Assembly (NCBI GenBank): GCA_028534125.1
Contig: CM052832.1
Coordinates: 10,230,001 to 10,294,000 of the forward strand
Reading direction: 5' to 3'
DNA length: 64,000 nt
Source of the DNA: Lama glama
Lineage: Eukaryota
Shown: positions 38,542-53,500 of the stretch, one piece after another
Layout: every line of letters begins with the position of its first letter
How positions within the stretch are numbered: the first letter of the stretch is position 1
Made by a program: the position numbers and the translations under genes
The notes under the pieces: generated by a model
Database searches by the model: none
What the model saw: only the letters and a program-made list of their open reading frames with translations
What the model was told of the DNA's origin: nothing

Positions 38542-41500
38542 TTAGGACACTCGGATGATCTGTGTCATTGCCTCTTCATCTGCTTGATTTGGATCCTACA
38601 AAGAAAGCATAATAATGATTAAAGTCTTTTGCAAAAGCCAACTGGGAACTCATGGTTCTCACTACTTATCACAAAGGGAATAAACAAACTTTGCTCAGAA
38701 AATCAAAGGTCTATAATGCATCTAAATCTGCATACATGGATTAAAATGCAGCTCCATTAGGAAAGGAGACAATAAACCTTATTCTTAAAACGACTCCAAG
38801 TCTGGCCTGGCACTTCATTACTGAACACTCAAGGGTCAAGAATATATCTCTTTTCCTAAGTACCTATGTTGTTCCCTACTTTTAAGGATTAAGAGTCCTT
38901 AGGCGGCTAAGAAAAAGACCCAGAGAAACTGTCAGGCTGTACTTTTATATTCTTATTTTCTTGTCATATTTAAATATTGAGCACTCGGCAATGCTGGAAA
39001 GGACACTAATTTATTTACATTATTTTATGCACTCATTTTGTAGATAAACCTGAAGCCTGGATGGGTAAAGTGATCTACCTGGACTAGAATCAAGTTAGTC
39101 AGAAGCCCAACAAGAAATACTTTGGCTCCCATTTAATCTTCTTTCCACTAAACTCTGTCTACTGCCTGCCTCTTACTTAAAACCTGTAAGGTTAAGACAA
39201 GGCTCAGTCCTTGGGATTTTTTGCAACATTCCACAATAACCACCTTCAGTTCCTCCACACTAAAGTTCTAAAGCCTCAGTTGGCATGATCCAAGAAAAAG
39301 CTGAAACATTTCTGCAGGTGGGAGGATGGGAGGCTGGGTCTTGATCAACATGCAAGAACAATAACCAGCGTTTACTGAGCTCTCACTGTGCATGAGGCAC
39401 TGTGCTACACAGGTGCCTAACATGGCTTATTGTATGAAATCCCCACAACATTCCTGTCAAGTATCAACAGCATCTCACTTACAGGTGGACAAAGTGAGGC
39501 TAAAAGACGTTAAGTAAGTTATAGAAACAGTTTGAGATCTGCTGCAAAAAATTAAAAACTAGCATGCATCCTTGAGCAGGGGACTGACATTGTTAAGAAA
39601 GCACTTTCTTACAAAGACTGATTTGACAATAGTGCATGTGGGATGTGATGGGCATACAGAATAAAGTATCAGTAAATGGGAGGGACCCATCAATTCAACA
39701 TTTACTGAGTGCTTGCTCTTGAATGGGCATTATACTAAGTCCAATAAATACAATAGGAAACAACAATCATCTACTCTCTGTACAGCTTATAGTCTAGGGA
39801 AGGAGGCAACTACCACATGATCACACAAATAAAACAATGAGGTCATTATACTCAAAAGAAAAGGCAGATGTGAGAAAATAATGGGGTAGAAGAGACCCAG
39901 TCTGGCCTCTCAGATTTAAACCAAGACCTGAAAGATAAGTAAGAGATACCCATGCAAAACGATGGCATGAAAAGCTCTACAGATTGGCTATTTTAAAGAC
40001 CAAGGTCCCATGGCAGGAAACAGATCAATGAACAGTACAGTAAGAGCACAGAGACCAAGGAGCAGAAGGAAATAAAGCCAGAGGTGGGCAGGAGCTAAGA
40101 CTCTGCAGGGCCTTGCTGGCCATGGTAATAAGCACTTTGGATTTTAGTCTGAGTGCAAATCAAATGGAAAACGGTGAGAGTGGAAGGCGTTAAAGCAGGA
40201 TGGTGATGTGATATGACATGTATGTAGAAAGATCACACTAAGATGTGGAGAATGAAGTAGAGCGGCACAAGAGGGGAGGAGGGGAGATGAGGCAGATGTA
40301 TTAATTGAAGCAAAAGAAGAGATGATTAGGCCAGACGGACTGCAGTTGGGAGGGAAAAAAAGTAAACTGATTCAGATTATATTTTAGAGTTAAGACCAAG
40401 GACTTCAAGAATTGGACAATTCTAGCTTTAATAACTGGGTGAATGGACATGTCACTCGTGTCTGGTTTAGGCAAGAAAAAATAAAAACCAAGAGTTCTGT
40501 TTTGGATATATTGACTCAGAAATACCAGTGAGATACGGTAAGTAGAATCAGATGCAAGAACCAGTGTGGTTACAGAGTTAAGTACTGGAATTTACACTGC
40601 TTGGGTCTGAATTTCAGCTGCATCATTTTATTAAATAGTTTAATTGAACTACGTAACCTCTCTAAATCTTAGATTCAAAGGTAAAATGGAAACTACAATT
40701 CTTACCTCATGCGGCTTGAGGTTGTTATAAAGATTTATTGAAAAAAAAGCTTACGAAAATGCTTAAACCTAACGGCTGGCACACAGCAGTTAAGTGTTAG
40801 CTGCTGCTGGTACTAGGACACTAAGAAACAAACTTGTTCTTTGAAAATCAAGAAAAGTGAGAATTTCAAGAAATTGATAGTGATAACTGGCAAAGACTGG
40901 GAGGAAAAAAGGCCACTGGATCTTAATTCTGAAAAGATGCAAAGGAATCTAAGACACAATGTTGTATCCAGTTTAGAGACTGGTTAGTCCCTAGTGTGAA
41001 AATATCAAGAGGACACTGTGAAGGCTTCCACCCAAGAAAACACAAGACAATAAAGAGAAGAATAGAAGTATTCATCTTCTTACCTGCATATGGGGACTAT
41101 CTTTTTCCTTTGGAGAGAAAAATCGTCCACCTTCACCACGCTTCCGTGCCATGGCATGACGGTGCCGAGACTCATGCAGGTATTTCTAAAACAAGAGACA
41201 CTAGCTGAAATCAGCATAGTTATCCATTGCACAAATCTCATCCTCAAAAGTGTGATCAAAGCCACCAGGGGCAATTATGACCTTGTGTTATGAAGAAAGC
41301 TTTGGAGAAAACACAAATAGCAGCTAAGCATACATAACCATCATAAGAATGGAACTGCCAAATGAGTAGTAACTAAAAAGATTTGCCAAAGATATAGCAG
41401 AAATCACTATCTACCTCCCAATGTGTACCCTCTCTTTTGCTTTAGTAACAGACCAAATTTTAGTGTCTGCTCAGTAAAACTAACTACATTTCCTAACCTT

Positions 41501-44500
41501 ATTTGCAGGCTTCAGTGTGGCCATGTATGTAAATTCTGGCTAATGAGAAGTGTGGAACTTCTTGAATGTTTCCTTGAAAGAGTGCCTTTCCTGTTCCCTT
41601 TGCTCCTAGGCTGAAGCCCAAGCAGTCATCTTGGACAACGGGTAGTATACTAAGAATATTAGGACGCTAAGACAGGAAGACAATGGGTCTTGAAGACTAG
41701 AAATGTGCTACCAGCCCAAATCTCTGGACCTCTTTTATGTAAGAAAAAAAAAATCCTATTTACGCCACAGGTTTTGTTGTTGTTTCTGTAGTTGCAGCTG
41801 CATATAGCAATAACAAATGCTAACTTTAACAAAATGTAACAGCTACCTAACTTCAGTGTTTGGAAGGTACACAAGGAAACCAACCAACCACCCACATAAA
41901 AGATAACTTCAAAAGTAGAACCCTGCTATTCTCTTCCTATAGCCTTCCCAATGTTATACATACCCTTCTTTCCTTTGGAATTTTCCCTTCTGCCTCTAAT
42001 TTAGCCCGGGCTTGCCTCCTCTTAAGTATACGGTGGTACTGTTTGGCATTCACATAGAGAGGCTCTTCTTCGAGCATCTCTGCTCCAGGGAGAGGGATTC
42101 TTTGGATAGCAGGCACAGAGCCAGCACCAGGTACCATCTGAGTGAAGAGAAAATCAGAGCTTATTAAATAGTGGCATGAATACGAACACAGAAAAGTTTC
42201 TTGGTCCCTATTAATTTTCTTCTAAGTGCTACAGAGAATAGCTTTTTAGTGCACTAAGTGAAATGCAGATTCCTGGAGAACATTTACACCAAGACCTGCA
42301 TTTTAAACAAACACTCCAGATGATTCTGTCATAGGGGGCCAGGAGCCACACTGAGAAATGACACAATCATGTCCAAATTTTTGTCCACCTATGGCTCCAT
42401 GTTCTGGGAAGGTCTGTTGCCATCTAGTGGTCATGGACAGTAATAAAGCAATAAAAGAGCACAAAGAAAACAGCACGTATGTAGGTTCAGATTGACCAAG
42501 CACTATTAAACGCTTTTAAGTTATATGAGTAATTTAATCAAATAGTTAACTTACGATATAATCCAATCCATATTTTCCATTTCAGAAACAAAAATAAAAC
42601 ACTGTACTAAATGTATGAGGAAACAAGTAACAGGCGCCTGAGCTCCATTCCCTTCCCAACTGTAACAACTCAATGGCTGTATTGTTTCTTCTGGTAGCTT
42701 CCTGCACCTCGGAGCAGGTTTCTCCGACTCATTCTTAATTTATCCATCTTAGGCACTGTATAATGACAGCCTATGTTGACATGTGAGAATTTAGCTTTCA
42801 CTTGCATCACCCAACTCTCCTTCCCTGTCTTGCCAATATATTTACCTCACACATTTTTTGGTTTGTCTATACTGATTACAAGCTTTCTAATTTTGAACTC
42901 ACTTTTTGTTTCAGCCACTTGTGTATAATATATTTTCCATTTCCCAAAGATGAGTAGTAGTCTCTCCCTCCCTTCATTATCTGAATTCTGAGTAAGATTA
43001 CATAAATGCATACATTTACATTTTTTTATCTTCTGCTATATCTCTAGCTACTAGAACATTCTCCGGCACATGGGAGGCGCTCAGAGTGAACCACGGCTCA
43101 CTGCAGTATTCACTGTAGAATTAGATCTCTGTAAGTGTCTCAGGGGTTAATCTCAACCCCAAGAGGTCAGCGTTATGAGAGACATCAAACTGCAACTTCA
43201 AGAAATTTTCAGACAAAGAGATACATGGAAAAACACATCATAGACGTGAAGAGTGAGACAAANNNNNNNNNNNNNNNNNNNNNNNNNNNNNNNNNNNNNN
43301 NNNNNNNNNNNNNNNNNNNNNNNNNNNNNNNNNNNNNNNNNNNNNNNNNNNNNNNNNNNNNNNNNNNNNNNNNNNNNNNNNNNNNNNNNNNNNNNNNNNN
43401 NNNNNNNNNNNNNNNNNNNNNNNNNNNNNNNNNNNNNNNNNNNNNNNNNNNNNNNNNNNNNNNNNNAACAAACAAAAACAGGTACACAGAGAGAAGGGAA
43501 CACAGTTAGTCCCTCTTCTATCTGGCACACACTTATTCACCCTAGAAAAACATCCAACAGCAAAGGGAGAAAAAGCACCCTTCCATTCTCTGTCTGGTTT
43601 GCTGTATATAATCCAAGTAATCACAATCTTAGATACTCTATTAACTATCCAGGTTCCAGTTCTGAATAATCTTTGAAATGGATACTTCCTTGGGTATTCC
43701 AATAATACGTTTTGACAGGGGACCAAAAAGTTTGGAGGCTGCTCTTTCTATGGGTCAGTCTGACTTCAGCTATATCCACTGTTCTTATATACATAAATTA
43801 TCTGCTTCAGGATGAGGGTTTTATAAACTTAAATTTGTTTACCCTACATTGACAGTCAGTCAGCCAGGTGCAGGACTAAAACTTAAATTCCAAGTCCCCA
43901 GACTATCAAGAACAGCACTTGAGGATTTGTTCACCGTCCTCTGAGCTCCTGCCAGGGCTCATGCCAGTTCAGTCCTCTCCTGAGTTCTAGGAGAGCACTC
44001 GCTGGATCTTGTACACTCCCAAATTTTAATCACAAGTCAAATCTTTAGTTGTAGAATCTGAGATGTCATCTCTAGATTTAAATATTTGAAAAATGCTTCC
44101 AAAAGCTCTTTAGCTCAGTTTGAGTCACTTCCTCCTCTCTGAAGTCCATTCTCTTCCCAAGTCAAACAGATTTCACCTCTTAATTTACACATCATCTATT
44201 CCCAGAACACACCTCTAATAAGGGCTCTGCACTGTGTTTATTTGTTCACAAGCATGTCTCACCTACTAGACTAGAGGCTCTTTGAGAAAACTCTTCTTAG
44301 TAAAGTGCCGCACACGCAGTGGGCATATAAGTCTTCTTGGAATAAATTAATAATAAAGTGACCCAGCAAAAAAGAAAAAACATAAGCAGAAACAGCAATT
44401 AAATGCCAACTTGACTTACGATGTATTTTTCTACCACTAAAGAAACTCTGTATTTCCATTAAGAAACATTTCTTCCCCAATAGGATTAAAGCTTACATAA

Positions 44501-47500
44501 TCCCTAGGGTCCTACTGGTTATCTTTAACAACCACTGTAGGTCTCTCACAAATGGAATCAACACTGGTCACATATTGGTGACAAGGAACTAACAATCAAT
44601 GGAGACTTAGAGGAAAGCTTTGTTGTTGTTTAAAAATATGCTGTACAGGTCACCACAAAATTTCTAAACCAGTCATTTGCTCAAGATGAAAAGGATGCCC
44701 CTAGAAGTCCCACAGAAGTGACGGGCACACTTACCTTGCTGGAGAATGGTGCCATCCGCATTAACTGGCTGATAGACGATGGTCTGCCCTTCAGCAGTCT
44801 GGGCCACTTGCTGGCCCTGGACAGCAATCTGCTGCTGTGTCTGCAGGAAATTAATCATGACACAATTTAATAGATTCCAAAACACAACAAAGAAAAGGAT
44901 TATCTATTCACTTTTTAAGAAAAAAAAATTTGGGGGGGATGGTTTCCTTTCCCATTTCTATTACATATGAAATATTCGACTTGCCTGTCTGACCCTTCCA
45001 AATCAGCCATGCTCCTGTGTTGACACAGTGGAGAGAATAGTGGAATTACCTGAGTCTGGCCAGCAGTGACAGCTGTCTGGGGCTGCTGGATGATGATCTG
45101 CTGGGTCTGGCCCTGCTGGCCCTGTACCTGCACAGCCTGCCCACCCTGGATCTGGATCTGTCCAGGTGGGACCAACTGTATCTGCAGAAGAGAACACAAA
45201 GGTTAGCACCCTGCTGACACTTGCTTTCCTTTGGTCCCAGAGTGGTAGTTACCCAAAGTCCTCTGGAAGACAGGAAATGCTCCGAAGAGGAAAAAGTCCT
45301 GTTCTGCTCTCTATTATGAATTAGAGATAATCTGTTTTCCATTTATGAAACAACGGGGGAATTCTGACCATTGTCTGGATACTGGATATTAAGTAATCAA
45401 TATCAGTTTTTAAAAGGATGATAGTGCTGGCATGGTTATATACCTCTGAAAGCATGTTCATTTAAAAATGCATCCTGAAGTGTTTTTTTCATTGATGGAT
45501 GGTCGTATATATATTCAAAACAATTTCTGAGAGAGTAGGGGAATACAGATCAAACTAGAAGACTGATTATGTATTAAACTGAGTGATGAGGATTTGCCAT
45601 ACCATCCTCTTTGTTTTTGTCGGATGTTTGAAGTTTTCTGTAATAAAATGTTGAAAAAAATCATTTCCAATTTTTCCAACTGGGATTCTACAAATATGTA
45701 TATAGAAAAATCTTTAAACATACAGAAAAGTTGAGACTATCACATTAGACACCCCTGCAGTCAACATTCAGATTTAACAAATTAACATTCTGCTACATTT
45801 GCTTCATTTCTTTTAACATTCCCATCTAAAAGATAATCTCTATCCTGAAACTGGTGATCATCCTTATAGAGCATATTTTACACATGTATATCCATAAAAT
45901 ATATGGTACTATTTTACGTGTTTATAAATCTCATATTATTGGTACCATATTGTACCTTTTTTCAATTCATGTCTTTAATCACATTTGGGACATTTTTAAC
46001 CATTATTTCTTCAAATATTCTCGGCCCCTCTCTTTCTCTTCTCTGGCTGGAACTCCCATAATGCATATGTTGATCCACTTGANNNNNNNNNNNNNNNNNN
46101 NNNNNNNNNNNNNNNNNNNNNNNNNNNNNNNNNNNNNNNNNNNNNNNNNNNNNNNNNNNNNNNNNNNNNNNNNNNNNNNNNNNNNNNNNNNNNNNNNNNN
46201 NNNNNNNNNNNNNNNNNNNNNNNNNNNTAGTAAAATTTTCATTTCAGTTACTATACTTTTCAGCTCTAAAATTTCCCTTTAGTTTGTTTCTTTTAAGGTT
46301 TTCTATCTCTTTATTGATACTTCCATTTTGTTCATACATTGATTGCTTCCTTGACTTTTCCCACATTTTCCTTTAGTTCTTTGAACATCTTTAGGACAGT
46401 CACTGATGATTTTATTCCTTTGAATGAGCCATACTTCCCTGTTTGTGTGCCTTGCAATTTTTTGTTGAAAACCAGAATTTGAGTCAAATAATGTAGTTAA
46501 CTGTGGAAATCAGATTCTCCCCTTTCCCCAGGGTTTTCTGGGATTTTTTGGTTATTGTTGTAGGCTGTCTCTATGCCAAAAACTAGCCTGAGGCATAAAC
46601 TTAAGGTCTTTTCAGAGCTTGTGCCTTTCTTGGGCATGTGCAATCACTTTTTTAAAAATATGCAATTGCTTTTGAATGTCCTAGAGTCTAATGTCTAGCT
46701 CTCAAAAGGAGAAAAAGGAAAATGAAGGGCACTACCTTTTAAATCCCCTAAAGGTCACTTTAGCTGGAGTGGGAGGGCTCATAGCAAATGAGGGTAGGTG
46801 TAACAAAAATGATGTCTTCCTCTCTGTACCTCTGTAATCAGAAGCAGCAACCAGCGATCCCTGATATTTAGAGAAAAGGGTCTTATTTTGTTTATACCCT
46901 GGTTCCTACAAGCTGTGTGTAAGCTGCTTCTGAAACCTTGCACAGCTGTCTACCAGGGAACTGGGCACCTATTACTGTGCTAAGCTAAAAGCTGAAAATT
47001 ACTGAACTTAACCTCAGTTTACCATCTAAGCTGTCCCCTGGAAGCTGCAAGCCTTCAGTAGACTCCAGAGTTCCCAAATAGCTAAATCAGACAGATTCTG
47101 CCAGTGCAATCGTTGTGTGTGTGTGTGTGTGGGGGGGCCCAGATTCCTGGTATATCCCACTCTGCCACCTTCCTAGAATCCTCTGCCTAGGTCTTAACTA
47201 CTTTCCCCAAATAGTCATCACTTGGTATCCATGGAGACTGGTTCCAGGACCCTGCCCCCAACTGGCAGATACCAAAATCCCTGCATGCTCAAGTCCCTTA
47301 CAGGTGGACCTCCATACCTGCAGATGTGAAACCTGTGGTTATGGGGGGCGAAATGTACTTAGTACATAGGACTTAGAAAGTGTTGGTAAATAAACAAACA
47401 AGTAAAGAAATCTATCTGGTTATCTCAATCTATTTCTCTCTGAATTTTGGAATAGCAAGGAACATCTGTCAACAGGGTCTCCTCTTCCATCTATTCGTAT

Positions 47501-50500
47501 TCTTTGCCCATTTTTCTAGTGAATCGTTTTCATATCTATCTATATAAAAATGTTAATGTACTCTGGATAAAAACCCAGTTATATGTTAAAAAATATCTTC
47601 TCCAAATCTGCACCTCGTCTTCTACCTTTATTTTATATTTTGATGTATATAAGCTTTTTTGAAGTACTCAAATTAATTTTTTTGTCTTTAAGAAATCTTT
47701 CCCTATCCCACATCATAAAGAAAATGTTCCTGTAAAGAGAATATAAAAGTTTGCAAGTTTGCTTTTCTACATTTAGATCTGTAACCTATCTAGCTAGTAT
47801 TTTTTGACACAGTATGTGTCAAAAGGGATCGATTTTCTTTTTCAGTATCATTCTTAAACAGTTTCTTCACTAATACTTTATACTTTTGGGGTTATATACC
47901 AATTTCCAATATTCTTACGTCTTTTCTTGACTCACTATTTTGTCTGTATCAAGCCAGGGATCTTAATCTAAGAAGAGAGCACAGGTTTCACTGGAATTCT
48001 AAAATAGAAGATGCAGTCCCAAAAGAGTTAAGTACTCTCCTAAAAGATATGGTCATTCAAAAAACACCAAAGCCGCCTCTAATAAAAATGGATTGAAACT
48101 TTAAGCATTCTAAGGGTGGCTATGGAATCTCACTTAGAGCCATATTATATAACATTAACAGAAAATAATTTTTCCAATATGGTTTGATTGCTTACAGTCC
48201 TGCTTGAAGGGAGGGGAATAAAATAACCCTTCCAATGTCTTTTAAAGGCCCCCCCCAAAAACTACTTTAAAAATCACAGAATGTAGAGCTGGAATGAACC
48301 CTAGAAATCACCTGATATAAACTGCATTTCTGAATGAGAAAACTGACAATCAAATGACTTGGCCAAGATCAGAAAGTTTGTTTACTGGTAGACCTGAGAA
48401 TCAAAGCCAGGTCACTGCACTTAGTCCACTGTTCCTAGAACTCTATCACAGTTTCTACTCAACAGGAGAGAAGAAGGCGTGGCAACAGGGGGTTGGAAAG
48501 CAGGCAATGAGAGGAAGGACAGAAATGAAGCTGCACTGTGAAACTGAGGAAAGTACATACACTAAAAATATATTTAAAGGCTCATACATTTATGCATGGA
48601 GAAATGTGGAAACTATTTTTAATCCTAACTGCAACTCTATCCTGACAAAAATATGCCAATAGCTTTAAAAATGATCTTACCTTTTGCTCAACCAATTCCC
48701 CTACTCCAAAGAAATTACAGTAAGATTTAATTCAACTGAAAAAATAAAGCTATAAAATTCAAATACATTTTAGTATCTTACCTATAAAAGGAAAAACAAA
48801 CTCACAAAAGTAAAGTAAAAAAAATCCCTAAATACACTTTATAAGTGAGAAGTTCTGATTCACCAAGTTGACTATTATGAGGGAATTAAATATGGTAAGA
48901 AAATCATCTGGAAATAAGAGAAATTTTAAAAAAAGCAAAACAAAACAAACAAAAACACTAAACACACAACAATGAAAACTATATGAGTGGTACAATTATG
49001 CCCGAAAGGTGCGCATAGACCTACAAAGGGAATATGCAAAAATTAAATTTGATTTGTCAAGCAGTGTAATCATGGCTGAATTTTTTGACTGATATTACAC
49101 ATTCCTCCAGCAAAACTAAGACATTAATGTGATCATTGTAACTGTTAAAACAAGATATAAATAGTTCTAGAAAACTTTGGTAAAAAGTTCATAAACATAT
49201 ACACTCAATGGGATATGGCTATTAATTACAAAGGTAAGATGACAAGTATATATTTCTTTGCAAATCATTTTTCACTAAGAATACTTCAATATTAACCCCT
49301 CCTCCAAGTCAACAATTCATTCTTTTTAACAAAAAGGACATAATACTCCATGTATGAATACAGTATGCTGTATTCGACCATTTTTTAAATCCTTATTAAC
49401 ATTCAGGCTACAGTTTTCTTTGTGTGTATGTTTTGTGTGTGTGTGTGTGTTTTTAAGTACAATGCTGCAGTAAGTGCCTTTGCACATTTTCCCCTACATA
49501 TTGATGCTTTTCTTCTCATAGAAGTTTCTCAGGAGTGTGACAGGTAGATCAAAAAGTTTCTGTATTTAAGAGTAAGATACCTTTCCAAAGTGATTTAGAA
49601 AGATTACTAACAATAATGAGTGTTTCATTTTTTTTACACCCACTCTAGCACTGGATAAAATCACTGTTTTAAATTGCCAAGATAAAAATCCCTCTAATTT
49701 TAAAATCTGATGCCAGAGTTGTGTGCCCTGTCTACTTTTGTTTGCCGTTTCTGAATCAAGTCTTCTCAGTGGATTTTATCTAACTACTTTATCAGTCTGT
49801 TTAAAGAATCACCTTTTATTTACCTTTCTACACTCTTGTTAGTTTCCTACTTCATTAATTTTAATTTACCTTTTGCTCATTTTGTTCTTTTCCTAACTTC
49901 TTAAGAGAAATACCATTCATTCATTTTCAGTTCTTTTAAAATATTTAAGGTTATAAATTTTGCTCTAAGTACAGCTTGAGGTGTGTGCGATGGGTTTGGA
50001 CTGAAGTATTTCCTTTTTCTTCACTTGCTAGATAACAAGTTATATATTACATGGAAGGAAATAAAAAGGGTAACATTTGTGATCCAAAACAAAAATCTCC
50101 AAAGCAGAATGTAAATTTTCTCCCCCAGTGCCCAGAAGTGCCAACAAAGGTCACATCAGTGAATTACTTTAACAAACTAGATTCTCTTTTTATATTCTTT
50201 ATTCAAGATTATGTCTAATATCTTAGTCCTTAACAGAAATGTCCATTTCTGTATAGCTCTGCTTTATACCACTGACACTACAAAGGAGGGAAATTGACTA
50301 AATACGAACAAAGGGTAGGAAGCAATTAAATGCCATATCAATTTTCAGTTTGTAACAACCTATTTTTTAAAGCTTCCATCCTGATATTTTGTCTCAACTT
50401 TTTTTTTAAAACTATCACTCACCTGCTGCAAACCCTGTGTCCCAGATACAGGTACTTGCATGATGGTTTGACCTTGTCCACCGGGAACAGCCTGGACCAT

Positions 50501-53500
50501 GATGGGTTGGCCAGTTGATGTGATTAATTGGCCTCCACTGACTTGTACCATCAATGGCTGCCCCTGGACCTGAAATACAATGAGAACAATGAAATAACAC
50601 AAGACACAAAATGGTTTTTACCAAAAGACAATCACTGGAACTAGTCTGTAGTCTGCTTCCTGCTAGAGGGGGAAAAGGTAGGAAAGACACTAAGAAAATA
50701 GTCTCAAGTCCTCATCCTCAAGTTATCTTCTTCAAAAATACAGTATCTGTGACTAAATGCCAAGTTGAGTACTTTAAGATTAGATATAAAGGAGTATACC
50801 CAGGGTCTTTGGGAAGCCTCAATAGATATAAGGCATTTATCATCAAATACGGGCTAAACCTATGAGAAATATTTAATAAACATCAAGGATGTTTGCCTTT
50901 TTAGACCAATAGCCAGGAATGGTCTCTAGTGAAGGCTGGAGAGGAGGCAATGAGCGGGAGGGCTAATGGTGGTTGGGTGCAAATTCTAAATAACTTGGAA
51001 GGAATAAATCAAATTGTACCTAGCAATGACTGCAGGTTAGGTAGCAAGCAGCTCTAGAAGTTTATGTGGAATAACCTTCTTCTCTACAGTCTCTCAATCA
51101 TATTTGAAACATACACCTTTTACCCTTTTTTACCTCACTGAGAATTCTAGTCCTTTGTATAAGGAGCCCACTAGTAAAAATGCCTAGAAATATTGCTGGT
51201 CAGTTTGCAATCTCTGTGGTGGAATTTCTCACACTGGACCCTGCAATATCTGCACAATTATTTTTACTTTAACAAATGTGAAAATTACACAGAGCATTTT
51301 CAATGTACCAAAAACTCCCAACTTCCAAGATCCAAAAAGCAAATGGACTACTCCAGAAGCCAGGGCATTTTAAGTGCTCTGTAACATCTTGAGTCCCAGT
51401 ATAAAAATATCTAGCTAACTGAATGCATTCTGAAAAGCCAAAAAAACAAACAACAAAAAAACAAAACAAAAACACCAACCAACCACCCACCAAACAAACA
51501 AAAAAACAAGCTACTTTAGAAGTGAACTGGACTGTTCAATAGAATAGCTAAAAAAAAGCCCAAAACTTTCATTTTTCAGATTCTATCTTTGTTTTGAGGA
51601 ATTATCTGGAACAGAGCAAAAAAAATTTGTGTATCTGAAATATTCATTCTTAATGTCAGTGAAAGTACATTCAAATAACAGTAATTACCTAAAAGATCAA
51701 TCTGTCCTAGATGAGTAGATTAAATATTAAGGATCCCTCTTTTACCAGCACCAGCACATCAGAATCTTCAGGAACACTCAAATTCTATGTTTTGTTAAAC
51801 CGTTCAGTGAGAAGTTCCACTTTACTTTTCAAGGACTTTATAATCTGATACTCTCATGCTTTCTCCTTCTCTCACTTTCTCATCCCAAATCAAATTCCCT
51901 TTGCTACACTAATGCTTGCATATGCTCTATCAGGAAAGATTTTCTAGAAAATTTATTGTGTGACCAACTGAAAGAAGTTATTTAAAATTCTCCAAAATAA
52001 TGAGGGCCCTAACGAAAAAGTTTCCATTATTTCCATAAAGTGCTTCTATTTCTTTGAATAAAATCTGTGTAAGTAAGAAACACAAGTTTTATAGTACAAC
52101 TATTAATAATTTTCTGGCTATCCATCATCTTAACTTTTCCCCTCACTGATATGCTATGTATGCACATGATAAACCATTTGAGACTCCAAGGAGCCCATTG
52201 TTTTTAGGATATATAAAGGATTACAAGGACACATGCATCAGACAAGAAGCCATCCAGTTAAGAGCATGTTACATTCCCATTCCACAAGTGGTTAATGACA
52301 AAACTGCTTTATGTCAATAAGATGAAGCAAGCATGAAAAACACGAGTAACAAGCTGTTGAACTCTGAGATTTGAATACAGTCTGGGAGTGCCTACAAGCT
52401 CAGCTTCTTTTAGCTTAATTTATGTTCAGAATTGGCTGTGTATCATCATCAAACACCATGGGCAGCAGGATTGGGGGTGGGGCTGGAAGGGTGAAGTGAA
52501 ATGAGTATAATAAGGGGTAGTTAACTGCAGGATGCTTGCCAAGCAGTATTAATAATAAAATGAGATGCCAGTTCTACATTCTAGGTCCTACTTTGAATCA
52601 CTTTCATCCAATGGAGGAAAAAAGGCAGGGCACTCCAATCTTGCTAATTTCTCAAAAATATGTTCATTTAGTTAAAATAATCTATAAACACAGAGAAGAC
52701 TTATGCTTCTACTCTGGAACTGGCTAAAATATAACCCTAATTTGTTTAACTTGGCCATACATGTTAGGGAACTGCACTGTTTAAACAGGAATTCTTACAG
52801 TGGCTATAACACCTAAGACCTGTAGAAAGCATATGCCATCTTCGTCCAACCAAGAGCTATGGGGCAATCTTTGCAGATTTAATAAGACAGGTCATGATTT
52901 CCCCAGGAAAGGTAGTGAAAAGATAGCAGTTAAGAGATTAACAAGATTCAATGATTAGCTAAATCTTGTCAAGTATAAACATTATTTACAGCTGAGTTGT
53001 CCTTTGAATAAAAATACAGCACAGTCTAGCCTAGTAGATACGTATGTATTCTCATCTCTTCTTCACTATCATAAATACAAATTCAAGAAAATTTACCACA
53101 CTATCTGACTAGAGTCTGAGCTCTAAACAGGTTCTAATGCCACTTGTAAGAATTTCTTCCTGTCACTTATATTGATTCTTTCCCAGGCATCCCAAAAGAA
53201 ACACACTAGCCAAATGGCAGTTTTGAGAAAATTGATACTGGAGTCACTACATGACTTAGGAAACTGGCATCTTATAAGCCTCAAAGACAAGTTAGCAGCA
53301 TCAAAGACATGCAACTGACTTTGCCATCCCTCCTTAAGATCCTACCACAGATAGCACCAGACATGAGGGGAGGAGAAATTCATGCAGTGCTTACAGAGAA
53401 TCAGNNNNNNNNNNNNNNNNNNNNNNNNNNNNNNNNNNNNNNNNNNNNNNNNNNNNNNNNNNNNNNNNNNNNNNNNNNNNNNNNNNNNNNNNNNNNNNNN

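Noticed and set aside
47802-47824. 10-bp hairpin ttttgacaca-gta-tgtgtcaaaa
   Set aside because: Short, inside decayed L1 sequence, and plausible by chance
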